Assembly (NCBI GenBank): GCA_963716725.1
Contig: CAVQUB010000008.1
Span: 192,001 to 256,000, forward strand
Length of the DNA: 64,000 bases
Origin: an uncultured delta proteobacterium
GTDB lineage: Bacteria; Myxococcota_A; Polyangia; Polyangiales; Polyangiaceae
Direction: 5' to 3'
The first letter of the stretch is position 1. Each line of letters starts with the position of its first letter. Below are positions 30,326-40,255 of this stretch, one piece after another. Under the pieces are notes generated by a model that searched no databases, was not told the DNA's origin, and saw only the letters and a list, made by a program, of their open reading frames with translations. The position numbers and the translations under genes are program-made.

Positions 30326-33300
30326 ATGTTCGCCCTCCGCCGCGCCCCGCTCTCAGCGTTTTTTGCGCTCTTGGCGGCGGCCTGCGCCCACTCAGGTAGC
30401 GCCGGCTCCGACGCTGCGGCGGGCAGGGGTTCTGTCGCACCGCCCCTCGGGGTCGTGACCCCGGCTCGCATCGTGGCGCTGCCAGACGCCTCGGCGTCCC
30501 TCGTCGAACACGATCCCGACGGTTCGACCCGGTTCATTTCCCGCGGCATGCGCGTGCTCGCTCAGCCGGATGGTTCCGTCGAGCGCAGTCGCCAGACCTT
30601 TCCCACTGGCAAGACCGTGAAGGCACTGCGGCTGCCCTCGAGACTCGGGGGCGGATTCCTGTTCTACGCGACCGGTGCGAGCTCGACGCACCTCTGGAAG
30701 TCGAGCAGCTGGACCGACACGCTCACACCATTCGCGAACGTGGACTTCGACGTCGAGCGCATCATCGACGGCTTCAACCGAATCTACTTGCAGGACCAGC
30801 GCTCGTTCGACGTTGTCGCGCTCGATCCGGAGAGCGGCGAGCCCTTGGACCTGGGCCCGCTTCCGCCATCGCCCGCGTACTCCAGCATGGCCTTCGCCGA
30901 TGCCTGGATGGCCGTGGTCGAGGTTCCCTTTCGCGGCGTGCTCGCCACCTTCGACGCGGGCGCCAGCTGGCGGCCCCTGGGCCTGTCACACAGCTACGGC
31001 GTTCACCTGGACCGCGGCGAGATAGCCATCAACACGGCCCAGGGGCGCTTCGTCCTCGACCCTTCGGGGCATCTGCGGCAGCGCGCGCAGAACAACGACG
31101 ACGACGCGACCTTCGTGGGTGCGGGTCGCCGCGGGCCGACCGCTGCGGGGACGGCCATCACACCCCCGGAACCGCCGCCCCCGCCCCCGGTGGGGCCCTT
31201 GGGCAAGCTGCCGCTGCGCGAGGCCATCCTGCACGGCATGCCGGACGGGCCGGGCTCGGCGGTGGTGGCGAAGGACGGCGTGCTCGCCCGCGTGCGGCTG
31301 AGCGACGGCAAGATCTTGGACCTGGACGAGCACGCGTTTCCGGCGGGCGCTCGCTGTCACGGTGTGCCACTGGGCGACGGCTTCGGCTTCGTATGCGGGC
31401 AAGAGCGCGGCGGCACGGTGGTCTACGCGTACAAGAAGCCGCTCGCCCTCGACCCCGTCATGCGTTTCGTCGAACCGCGCTTCGTCGCGCCAGCCGGCAA
31501 CGGCGCGCTGGTCGTGCGTGGACCGTGCAAAGGCAGGCAGGCGGAGGCCATCGGCGCCTACTGCATTCGCGCGCGCGACGGTCGGCAATCCGAGATGCGA
31601 GTGCGCGGTGATCTCGGGGTCGAGCGCCTGGTCGCGCTCTCGGACGGCGGGACCGCGGTGCTGGTTCCGCCACGGCTGGGCGCACCCGGAACGCTGACGA
31701 TCATCGCCGCCGACGGCGGCGCGAGGACCGTCAAGCTCAAGTTGCCCAAAGACGACGCGCAGACGGCGGCCCTGCTGAAGAAGGGGCTGTGGCTCGAGGG
31801 CTTCATCGAGCGAGATGCCGCCGGAGCGGACGACGTCCCCGAGAAGAAGGCCACGAAGAAGGGCGCGCCCGCGCCCAAGCGCGCTCCGAAATCCACCAAG
31901 CCCACCTGGAAGAAGCAGCTGGCCGGGTGGGTCGTGGCGGCGGGGCCCTTCGTCGGTGTGCGCCTCGATCTCGACGGCACCGTTCATGTCGGTCGCATCG
32001 AGAGCGACATCGATCGTGCGATGGTGTCGACGGATTTGGCGCTCGTGCTGCCGAGTCGAGGCGGCAGCGCGAGCGAGAGCATCGACGGCGGATTCACCTG
32101 GCGCGAGGTCGAGTTGCCCGCCGACGGCGCGGCCACCGTGGCGCGAGCGCGGACCGAACAGAGCGCGGAGCGCGGGTGTTCCCGCGTGGGCTGCGTCTCG
32201 GGCGCCTGGATGCGTGTGGGCTGGCGGGGCCGTACCGAGAGCAGCGACATCGAGGTGGTCGACGCGCCGAAGCACTCGCGCCTGCCGGCGACCCGCGGCG
32301 GGCGATGGAACCTCTCCTGCGCGGCCACCGGAGCGACGGCGGGTGCCCGAACGAAGGAGCCGAAGCCGCAAGAGCCCGACGAAGAGGTCGGCATGATCGG
32401 CACGCCCGGCAGGTTTGGACACCGTTGGGGTGCCGCCCCGCCGACGGCTTCGGTCGAACTCAAGAGCAGCGACTGGCAGCCCTTCAAGGGCGTCGCGGCG
32501 CCCGCCAAGAAACCCACGGAGCTTGGCTTCGACATGGGCACCGAGCACATGGGCGCTCAGGTACGGGCCTACGCCTGGGGAGCGCGCGGAGCCAGCTGGG
32601 ATCGCGTGGGCCATTTCGTCTTGCGCGCGCACGATCCCTTCACGCTGGAGCGAGGCGTGTGGTCCACGGCCACCGTTCGCGGGCCCTGGAGCGACGACAC
32701 GGCGGCCTCCCAGGTCTTCGGCCGCGACTACAACCAACCGAGTGCGTGGTTTCCCGTCATGGAGCCCTCGGGGCGCGCGGCTGCGATGCTGATCAACGCT
32801 CGGGGTACGACGGATCTGCTGCTGCTCGAGGAGGGCCGCGGCGTCGTCACGGTGCAAGATTCAGCGCGCTGGGGCCTGTATCAGCTGTCCGGCGCGGTAA
32901 AGGTCGGCAGTACCTGGTACCTCGGCTCGTACGTCGCGGGCAGCAACTTCCGCCTGTTCAAGGTCAACGCTGGTCGGGTCGAGCTGCTCCGCGACTACCC
33001 AATGACCGGCGGCTGGCGGCCCAACACCACGCTGGCCGTGAACTTGGTCCGCAACTCGCGCAGCGACGCCCTGGGCATTTGGGTCGAAGCAAAGCGCACG
33101 CGCGGCACCGGCACCGCTTGGTACGTCTACTCGCTCGATCCGGAGACCGGCGATCCGCTCGACATGCTCTCGATCGATCCGCAGGAGCTCTCGCGGCTGC
33201 CGGCGGCTTGCGTTCAAGGTGCCGACGGTTGGGTGTTGGTCGGTGAGCCACCCGTCGATCCCTACGTCGACTTCCTTCAGCATGCAGACGGCATCCGATC

Positions 33301-33499
33301 ACAAGCGGTGCGAGCGAAGATGATCGCGCGACCGCAAGGGCTCTGCGTAGAAGTACTGAGCGCTGAGGCCCAAGCCGATGTACCGGCGCGCATGCCTCGC
33401 GCCGACGGCGCCCTCGCGAGCGGTTCGGAGCCGATCCCGATGGTGCTCGAAGAGCGCGGTCGACTCGGTCGGCGTTGGGGTTTTCGCTGCGTGCGTTAG
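30326..33499 (+). CDS. Large (about 1057 aa) lipoprotein, probable multi-beta-propeller
   Basis: LAAAC lipobox at the probable start; Asp-box-like TFDAGASW and SIDGGFTW. The ORF-track N-terminus is an antisense shadow of asd. Confidence 0.7.
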   Translation: MFALRRAPLSAFFALLAAACAHSGSAGSDAAAGRGSVAPPLGVVTPARIVALPDASASLVEHDPDGSTRFISRGMRVLAQPDGSVERSRQTFPTGKTVKALRLPSRLGGGFLFYATGASSTHLWKSSSWTDTLTPFANVDFDVERIIDGFNRIYLQDQRSFDVVALDPESGEPLDLGPLPPSPAYSSMAFADAWMAVVEVPFRGVLATFDAGASWRPLGLSHSYGVHLDRGEIAINTAQGRFVLDPSGHLRQRAQNNDDDATFVGAGRRGPTAAGTAITPPEPPPPPPVGPLGKLPLREAILHGMPDGPGSAVVAKDGVLARVRLSDGKILDLDEHAFPAGARCHGVPLGDGFGFVCGQERGGTVVYAYKKPLALDPVMRFVEPRFVAPAGNGALVVRGPCKGRQAEAIGAYCIRARDGRQSEMRVRGDLGVERLVALSDGGTAVLVPPRLGAPGTLTIIAADGGARTVKLKLPKDDAQTAALLKKGLWLEGFIERDAAGADDVPEKKATKKGAPAPKRAPKSTKPTWKKQLAGWVVAAGPFVGVRLDLDGTVHVGRIESDIDRAMVSTDLALVLPSRGGSASESIDGGFTWREVELPADGAATVARARTEQSAERGCSRVGCVSGAWMRVGWRGRTESSDIEVVDAPKHSRLPATRGGRWNLSCAATGATAGARTKEPKPQEPDEEVGMIGTPGRFGHRWGAAPPTASVELKSSDWQPFKGVAAPAKKPTELGFDMGTEHMGAQVRAYAWGARGASWDRVGHFVLRAHDPFTLERGVWSTATVRGPWSDDTAASQVFGRDYNQPSAWFPVMEPSGRAAAMLINARGTTDLLLLEEGRGVVTVQDSARWGLYQLSGAVKVGSTWYLGSYVAGSNFRLFKVNAGRVELLRDYPMTGGWRPNTTLAVNLVRNSRSDALGIWVEAKRTRGTGTAWYVYSLDPETGDPLDMLSIDPQELSRLPAACVQGADGWVLVGEPPVDPYVDFLQHADGIRSQAVRAKMIARPQGLCVEVLSAEAQADVPARMPRADGALASGSEPIPMVLEERGRLGRRWGFRCVR

Positions 33500-33544
33500 C
33501 GGGCTTGGACCGCGTCGCATTGCATTCCTGAAAGACGCGTCACG

Positions 33545-33562
33545 CACTCGCGAAAGCGAGTG
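33545..33562. other. Perfect stem-loop with GAAA tetraloop
   Basis: CACTCGC-GAAA-GCGAGTG, 46 nt downstream of the upstream stop. Confidence 0.4.
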
Positions 33563-33766
33563 ACCCACGACATTGATGAGCGCTTCCCAGCATTTGCAAT
33601 TTCTGTCGCAGACTGCTACCTGAATGTTCGTCCGCGTGGAGCGAGGCTGTCCCCCCCCCGGCCCCTTCACGCGGACTCTTTATCGAGAGGGGTGGAGGGG
33701 TGTGAAGCGGGCTCCGAACGGACAAGCGGCCCGAGGACCGCTAACCTCCTCATCTTGGAGGTAGCT

Positions 33767-36638
33767 TTGGCTCGTTCGTTCGTTCGCTTCTTGGTTCCGG
33801 CTGTCGCGCTCTCGGGGGCCGTGCTCGCGGCTAGCTGCACGGATGGTGAGGAAGGCACGACCGGCACGACGAAGCCGACCGTTCCGAAGCCGGCACCGGG
33901 TGAGATTCTGCGAGTGGCCTCCCACTCCGGAGTACGTCGCGCTTCAGGTGCAGCCTTCGTTCACTGTGCTCGCGCCGGGGCAGACGCGCGAGTTAGACCT
34001 GATCGTCGAGCCCGACGTGTGTGTGCCGACCAAGCTCACCTTCGAGAGCAGCGACCCCAGTGTGGTCGCGGCTCCTTCCCCGCAGCTGCTTTATTTCTCC
34101 AAGGCCAAAGCCCGGGTCCAGGTCATTGGCGGGGGCGTTGGGCAGGCCACGCTCACGGCGCACTTCCCGCGCGGAGACGGCACTGATGTCACCCTCGAGA
34201 TCCCCGTCGAGGTGATGACCACGGACATTCCCACGTGCAGCGGGAGTGGCGCCGGCAAGCTCGACGACGGCAAGACAGTGAAGGGCAGCGGCGGCCTCGC
34301 GGGAGCGAGCATCGGGCTCCAGGTCGGTGCGACTCAGCCCAACTCGGGCAGCACCCTCTGGTCGGACATCAAACCTTTCGACGTCACCATCGCTTGCGCC
34401 AAGGACCAACTCCCAGCCGGTTACACCGCGCTCGGCCCCGCCGTCAGTTTCGGCCCCGTCGGCACGCGGCTGCAGCGCGAGATCCCCTTCAGCGTCCCGA
34501 TGAACCCCGCGGTGATGCCCGACGCGGCGACGCTGCGGCACGTCACCGTCAGCTACACCGGTCCGCGCGCCAAGAAGCCTCGAGCCATCCCCATCGCGAA
34601 TCCGCGCATCGTGCGCACCGGCGCCGGCTACAGCCTCGAGTTCCTCGCGCCTTGGCTCGGCACCTATCAGGCGGTCGTGCAGACCGCGGGCGGCACCAAG
34701 AAGCGCACACGCCGGCTCACGCACCGCGCGCTGGTCGGGATCTCCATGGGCGGCGGCGGCACCGCGATGTTCGGCATGCGCAACCATGACCGCTTCGACG
34801 TGCTCGCGCCCCTCGGGGGTCCCGTCGACTGGACCTGGATGCTGGGTCACATCTATCGAAACCACCTCGGGGGCTGGTTGCCGAACGACGGGACGACGCC
34901 GCCGACGGAGCTCGCGCCGATGCCGACGGCGACGCTGCCCTACGAGCACCCGAGCACCTTCAACCAGTGGTGGTACGAGTACCCGAAGAACGGCAACGGC
35001 GGCAGCTTCCCCCGCGCCGAGTACGTGCAGATCTTCCGGGACCTCGCCCTGATGTTCGGAAATCCGAACAGCTACAATCCGGCCAAGGGCGCGGAGAACC
35101 TGCCCGCCGGCATCCCGCCGGACGACAAGTCGGTCGTGGGCGATCACCCCGGACGACAGTGCGCGGTCACGGTCGATCCGCTCGACGGCCCCGACAAAGA
35201 GAAGCAGGAAGAGCTCGACAAGAACTGCCCCATCGAACGATGCAGTCACGTCAAGACGCTGTCCGGCTACTACGACGACGAGTTCAACCCGAAGGGCACC
35301 TTTCCCGTCATCACGGTCTGCGACGGCTCCGCGCAAGACTCGGCACTCTCGCCCTACGCCAACACCTGGAAGCCCGAGAACAACAACAAGCCCCTCGAGC
35401 TGGCCCTGGCCGTCGACTACAACGGCAACGGTGTTCGCGACCTGAACGAGCCGCTCTTGCGCCAAGGCCACGAGGTCTACGACGACGTCGGCGAAGACGG
35501 CCTGCCGAGCACCAAAGAGCCCGGCTACGAAGCCGGCGTGAACGAAGATCCCGCCGGGGACGACTGGGAGCCGCAGTACAATCCGGCCGGCCTCGAGGGA
35601 AACTACCGCTGGGACACCGGCGAGCCCTTCAAGGACGACGGTCTGGACGGGGTGCCCAACACCAAGAGCAGCCCCTACGACTTTGGCGAGGGCAACGGCA
35701 AGTTCGACTACGCGCCCGGTTATCGCACCTTTCTCGAGCGCGACTCGCGCACCGTCATCGAGCAGCACGCCCTCGGCACCCACGCCAAGCCTCTCGACGA
35801 CGCTGCCCTCGCGCGCCTCGACTTGTGGACCGACGGCGGCACCCGCGACTTGTTCAACTTCGCGGTGGATGCTGCGGCGTTGACCGGCGCGTGGTCAGCT
35901 CGCGACCGCATCTCGCACTACTACATCGAGTCGCATCGCATCCCAGGACAGAACCCGAACGACCCCAAGGTCTTCTTCGGCAACCGCTTCGACTGGAGCT
36001 CCATCCCAGGCGGCGTGTTCTTGCGCTACGGCAAGATCGATCCTGCGCAGAAGGACATCGAAAACGGTTCGGGTCAGCACGTCGGGACCGTCGACGAGAT
36101 CGCGCGCCGCTTGCAGTCGGCGCTCTACTACATCGGTAGCCGCTGGCCCGACGCGCCGCGCAGTCACGACGAGGAGAGCCTGGTGGATCCCGCCGATGGA
36201 GCAGAGACCTGCGAGGTGGTCGGCGCATGTGACTGGGAGTTCACCGACTCCCGGGGCCGAAAGGGGCCGGTCAGCGTGAACCTGCCGCCGGGCTACGCGC
36301 ACAAAGATCTTCAGAACAAGCGCTACCCGGTCATCTTCTTGCTGCACGGCTACGGTCAGACGCCCGAAGACCTGAAGGCGGCGATCATCTTCCTCAAGAA
36401 CTGGATGAACTTCCCCACCGACTCCCACGCCACGCGCCTGCCCAAGGCCATCATGGTCTACGTGGATGGTCGCTGCCGGCCCGGTAAAGACGAGGCGGAG
36501 TGCATCCGCGGCACCTTCTACACCGACAGCGTGCGCGAGCACGGCCCCAAGACCGAGAGCTGGTTCCTCGAGCTGATGGACGCGGTCGACAAGAAGTACC
36601 GCACGCAGGGCCCGAGCGAGATCGATTGGGTGGAGTGA
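33767..36638 (+). CDS. Lipoprotein with circularly permuted esterase (alpha/beta-hydrolase) domain (frameshift near 33907)
   Basis: GGAGG RBS and TTG; LAASC lipobox; RALVGISMGGGG mid-protein; LPPGY...YPVIFLLHG...VDKKYRT at the extreme C-terminus. Confidence 0.8.
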
Positions 36639-36892
36639 TGTTGGTCCAGTGCCCAGACTGCCAGCGCCACGTGCGAGTCTCCGAGACGGAGTGCCCGTTC
36701 TGTGCGAATCCCAGCGGCGGCACCGGTCGACGACGTGCGCTCAAGGTGGTGCTCGCCGGCGCTGCCGGCGTCGCCGCCATGACCATCGGCATCGGCTGCG
36801 CCTACGGAATGCCGCCCGAGGATCCGGCCGATGCGGACGTGGACGCTGACGCCGGGATCGAGGACGCGCCCGACGACGCTCCAGGTCAATGA
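36638..36892 (+). CDS. 84-aa Zn-ribbon/TM peptide with AYG motif; putative splicease substrate
   Basis: ATG overlaps the upstream TGA. Order: CPDC..H...CPFC, RRR, hydrophobic helix, IGIGC-AYGMPP, acidic tail. Confidence 0.75.
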   Translation: MLVQCPDCQRHVRVSETECPFCANPSGGTGRRRALKVVLAGAAGVAAMTIGIGCAYGMPPEDPADADVDADAGIEDAPDDAPGQ

Positions 36893-38046
36893 GACGCGCC
36901 GCTGTCGGCGAAGCGCCGCGCCCCATCTACGTGGTGTGGGAGATCACCCTCGCCTGTGATCTCGCCTGCGGCCACTGCGGCTCGCGTGCGGGCAAGGCAA
37001 GGTCCGACGAGCTGTCCACCGCCGAGGCCCTCGACGTGGTGCGGCAGCTCGCCGAGCTCGGCACCGAGGAGATCACGCTGATCGGCGGCGAGGCTTATTT
37101 GCGGAAGGACTGGGCGACACTGGCCCGCGCCATCGTGGACGCCGGCATGCGCTGCGGCATGACCACCGCGGGTCGGGGCTTTGGCGCGCATCACGCGGCC
37201 GCCGCCCGAGACGCCGGCGTCTCGGCCATCAGCATCTCCCTCGACGGCCTGCGCGCGGCCCACGATCGGCAGCGCGTCTTCGGCAGCTTCGAGCGGGCCC
37301 TCGGCGCCATGCGCTTCATCCGCGCGGCGGGCCTCGGGCTCAACGCCAACACTCAGCTCAATCGGCTCAGCGTGCCAGATCTCGACGGCGTACTCGAGCT
37401 GCTGATCACCGAAGGCGCCCGCGGCTGGCAGCTGCAGATGACCGTGCCCATGGGGCGCGCGGTCGACAATCACGAATGGCTGCTCCAGCCCTGGGAGCTC
37501 CGCGAACTCTATCCGCGCCTCGCAGTTCTCGCCGAGCGCGGGCGAGCGGCCGGCGTCGCCTTCTGGCCCGCCAACAACATCGGATATTTCGGCCCCCACG
37601 AGAGCACGCTGCGCAACCGCGGTGCGCCCGGGGCGATGGTTTGGCACGGCTGCAACGCTGGCGTTTACGCCCTGGGCGTCGAGGCCGACGGCAGCATCAA
37701 GGGCTGCCCCTCGCTGCCGACGGATCACTACGTCGGAGGCAACGTGCGTGAGCGCTCGCTGCGCCAGATCTGGGACGACGCCTGCGAACTCCGCTTCATG
37801 CGCGACGAATCGCCGCGCGACCTCTGGGGTTTCTGCGCCAGCTGCTACTACGCAGAAGAGTGTCGCGGCGGCTGCACCTGGACCGCGCACACCTTCTTCG
37901 GCCGCGGGGGCAACAACCCCTATTGTCACCACCGCGCCCTCGAGCACGCGGCGCGCGGCTTGCGTGAGCGGCTCACGCCCGTGGCCGCCGCACCGGGGCT
38001 GCCCTTCGATCACGGTCGCTTCGAGATCGTGGTCGAGCCGGCTTGA
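36889..38046 (+). CDS. Radical SAM/SPASM peptide maturase, PlpX (splicease)-like
   Basis: VWEITLACDLACGHCGSRAG, LIGGEA, NTQLNRLS, WQLQMTVPMGRA, NNIGY, GIEADG-like GVEADGSIKGCPSLP, CRGGCTWTAH, GNNPYCHHRA, GLPFD.G. ATGA overlap with the peptide gene. Confidence 0.9.
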   Translation: MRRAAVGEAPRPIYVVWEITLACDLACGHCGSRAGKARSDELSTAEALDVVRQLAELGTEEITLIGGEAYLRKDWATLARAIVDAGMRCGMTTAGRGFGAHHAAAARDAGVSAISISLDGLRAAHDRQRVFGSFERALGAMRFIRAAGLGLNANTQLNRLSVPDLDGVLELLITEGARGWQLQMTVPMGRAVDNHEWLLQPWELRELYPRLAVLAERGRAAGVAFWPANNIGYFGPHESTLRNRGAPGAMVWHGCNAGVYALGVEADGSIKGCPSLPTDHYVGGNVRERSLRQIWDDACELRFMRDESPRDLWGFCASCYYAEECRGGCTWTAHTFFGRGGNNPYCHHRALEHAARGLRERLTPVAAAPGLPFDHGRFEIVVEPA

Positions 38047-38844
38047 TCAGAGCGCAGCGACGAGGGCCCGGATCACGGCCTCGGCGAAGACCGCGCGCGT
38101 CTCGGGCTCGTCCCACCGCCGGGCTTCGCGATCGTCCAGGGCGTTGTGAGTCTCGATGATCACCGAAGGGATCTTGGGTCTCCAGAGCACGAAGACGCGC
38201 TCCGTGGCCGCGCGACGATCCACGAACACGCCGCGCTGCACGTCGTCAGCCGCGTAGGTCGGCGCGTACTCGGCGCCGGCGTAGGCCAGGAACCCGGACT
38301 GCTCCAGCGATCGACCGAGGGCCCGCGCGATCCCGACCCGCGCACCTATCGCGCTCGGCTCACCGTGATCCGACCAGAGTACCGACAGCCCCGGCGCCGA
38401 CCGGCTCCGCGAGCAGCTGGTCCCCGGTTCGGGTTGCCAGAGCTCGGTCTTACCGCGCACGTCGGAGTGCAGGCTCAGGAATACGTCCGCGGGCCAGGCC
38501 TCGGCCTCACGGATGCGCTCTCCGTAGGGAACGAGCTGATCGTTCCGGCGCGTGAGCTTGACGTCGAAGTGGCCAGTTCGGCTGAGCGCGGTCGCCAGAT
38601 CTTCGGCCAGAGCCAGCGTGAAGCTCTGTTCATCGCGGCAGAAGGCGTTCTTGTTTCCGGTGTTGCCTGGCGCGCCGTGTCCCGGGTCGACAACGACGCG
38701 GCGGGTGCCGAAGTTCACCGGGATCGTCGCGGTCGCCGGGTGCAGCTTGGCGTCGGGCCAGACCTCGGGCTCGAGCGCGCGGCCCAACGCCCAGCTCGAC
38801 AGCGCGAGCCCCGCGACCAACCCGAGAACCGCCGCCTTCCGCAC
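38047..38844 (-). CDS. N-acetylmuramoyl-L-alanine amidase (Amidase_3)
   Basis: VVVDPGHG, E, LTR, FLSLHSD, SVIIETH zinc and catalytic motifs; signal peptide. Confidence 0.85.
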   Translation of the reverse strand: MRKAAVLGLVAGLALSSWALGRALEPEVWPDAKLHPATATIPVNFGTRRVVVDPGHGAPGNTGNKNAFCRDEQSFTLALAEDLATALSRTGHFDVKLTRRNDQLVPYGERIREAEAWPADVFLSLHSDVRGKTELWQPEPGTSCSRSRSAPGLSVLWSDHGEPSAIGARVGIARALGRSLEQSGFLAYAGAEYAPTYAADDVQRGVFVDRRAATERVFVLWRPKIPSVIIETHNALDDREARRWDEPETRAVFAEAVIRALVAAL

Positions 38845-38914
38845 GACCGTGGCGGAATCATCGCCCAGGCCCCGGTCGATTCACGAGTTTGTGACGAAAT
38901 CCGGATCGCGCCGC

Positions 38915-39376
38915 TCACGGGCTCACGAACACCGCCATACCGACGCCGAAGATCAGGATGCCTGCCTCGAGGATCCAAAACAGCAGCCAGATCCCACCAA
39001 AGATGCCGCCCATGATCATGCCCACCAGCGCCAGGGTGGCGTTGTTGCCGGTGTCGTTCTCTTCCTTGGCCTTCTGACGTGCGCGGTTGCCGAAATAGAG
39101 CGCAGCAAAGCCCATCGGGAAACAGGTCGTCGACATGGTGGCGATGGCGAGCACGAGGGCGATGACGGCGTCGGAGTTCGTGGGCTTGGACGGGGTGCCG
39201 AAGGGTGCGCCGTAGGTCCCCGGAGGCGGTGGAACGAAACCCATCGGTCCTCCGGGCGGCGGGCCGCCGGGCGGAACACCGGGCGGAACACCTGGGGAAC
39301 CCCACGACGGACCGCCGGGCGGAACCCCCGGGGGACCTCCCGGGGGGCCCCAGGGCGGGCCAGGCGGCGGTTGCAT
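38915..39376 (-). CDS. DUF4190-like membrane protein with Pro/Gly-rich N-terminus
   Basis: PPG repeats, TN..A.IALVLAI, LALVGMIMG. Confidence 0.75.
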   Translation of the reverse strand: MQPPPGPPWGPPGGPPGVPPGGPSWGSPGVPPGVPPGGPPPGGPMGFVPPPPGTYGAPFGTPSKPTNSDAVIALVLAIATMSTTCFPMGFAALYFGNRARQKAKEENDTGNNATLALVGMIMGGIFGGIWLLFWILEAGILIFGVGMAVFVSP

Positions 39377-39377
39377 C

Positions 39378-40214
39378 TCAGCTCCGCTCCAGCTTCTTGG
39401 CCATCTGCTCGCCCAGCTGAGTCGCGCGCAATGTCGCGCTCTCGACGGCGTCGATCAGGGTGCGCCTGAGCCCACCGGCCTCCAGGGTGTGCAGGCCCGC
39501 GATGGCCGTTCCCCCCGGGCTGGTGACCATGTCCTTGAGGCGGCCCGGGTGCTCACCGGTATCGAGCAGGAGCTTGGCGGAGCCGTAGACCGTCTGCGCG
39601 GCGAGCAAGAGCGCGGTGTCGCGGTGGAGTCCGACCTTCACGCCTCCGTCGGCCATCGCCTCGATCATCAACATGACGTAGGCGGGGCCGCTGCCCGACA
39701 ATCCCGTGACCGCGTCGATCAACGACTCGTCGAGGACCACGCTGCGCCCGGTCGCGTCGAACAAGGTCTTGGCCAGGGCCACGTCTTCGTCGGTGGCGTG
39801 CGCTCCAGGTGCGATGCCGGTCGCGCCCGCGAGCACGATCGACGCGGTGTTGGGCATGGCGCGGACCACTCGGACACCGGTGTGCAGCCGCGACTCGATG
39901 GAACGAATCGGCACACCGGCGGCGATGGAAATCACCAGCGTGTCGGCCCGGATGCTGCCTCCGATCTCGTCGAGCACCCGGTCGATGACCTGTGGCTTGA
40001 CCGACAGCACCAGCAAGTCGGCCCAGGCCACCAGCTCTGCGTTGTCTTGGGTGGTCCCGATGCCGTGGAGCTTGGAGAGCTCGTCGAGACGCTCTCTGCG
40101 CACGTCGCTGACCCGCACGCGTGCGGGGTCCACCGTGCCCGACGCGAGCAGACCCCGGATCAGCGCCCCGGCCATGTTGCCCGCGCCGATCATCCCGACG
40201 TTCTTGGTCTTCAC
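39378..40214 (-). CDS. proC: Pyrroline-5-carboxylate reductase
   Basis: IGAGNMA, VKPQ, SIAAG, RAMPNT, LSGSGPAY, VTSPGGT. Confidence 0.96.
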   Translation of the reverse strand: MKTKNVGMIGAGNMAGALIRGLLASGTVDPARVRVSDVRRERLDELSKLHGIGTTQDNAELVAWADLLVLSVKPQVIDRVLDEIGGSIRADTLVISIAAGVPIRSIESRLHTGVRVVRAMPNTASIVLAGATGIAPGAHATDEDVALAKTLFDATGRSVVLDESLIDAVTGLSGSGPAYVMLMIEAMADGGVKVGLHRDTALLLAAQTVYGSAKLLLDTGEHPGRLKDMVTSPGGTAIAGLHTLEAGGLRRTLIDAVESATLRATQLGEQMAKKLERS

Positions 40215-40255
40215 GCGGCGTAGAATCGTCGAGTCGCGGGCCTCGGGCAAGGGCT

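Noticed and set aside
36889..38046. PqqE, NirJ/Ahb or GDL-peptide maturase assignment
   Set aside because: No pqq or heme-biosynthesis genes, and the adjacent peptide has no Y-x10-GDL motif; the YG peptide fits a splicease better.
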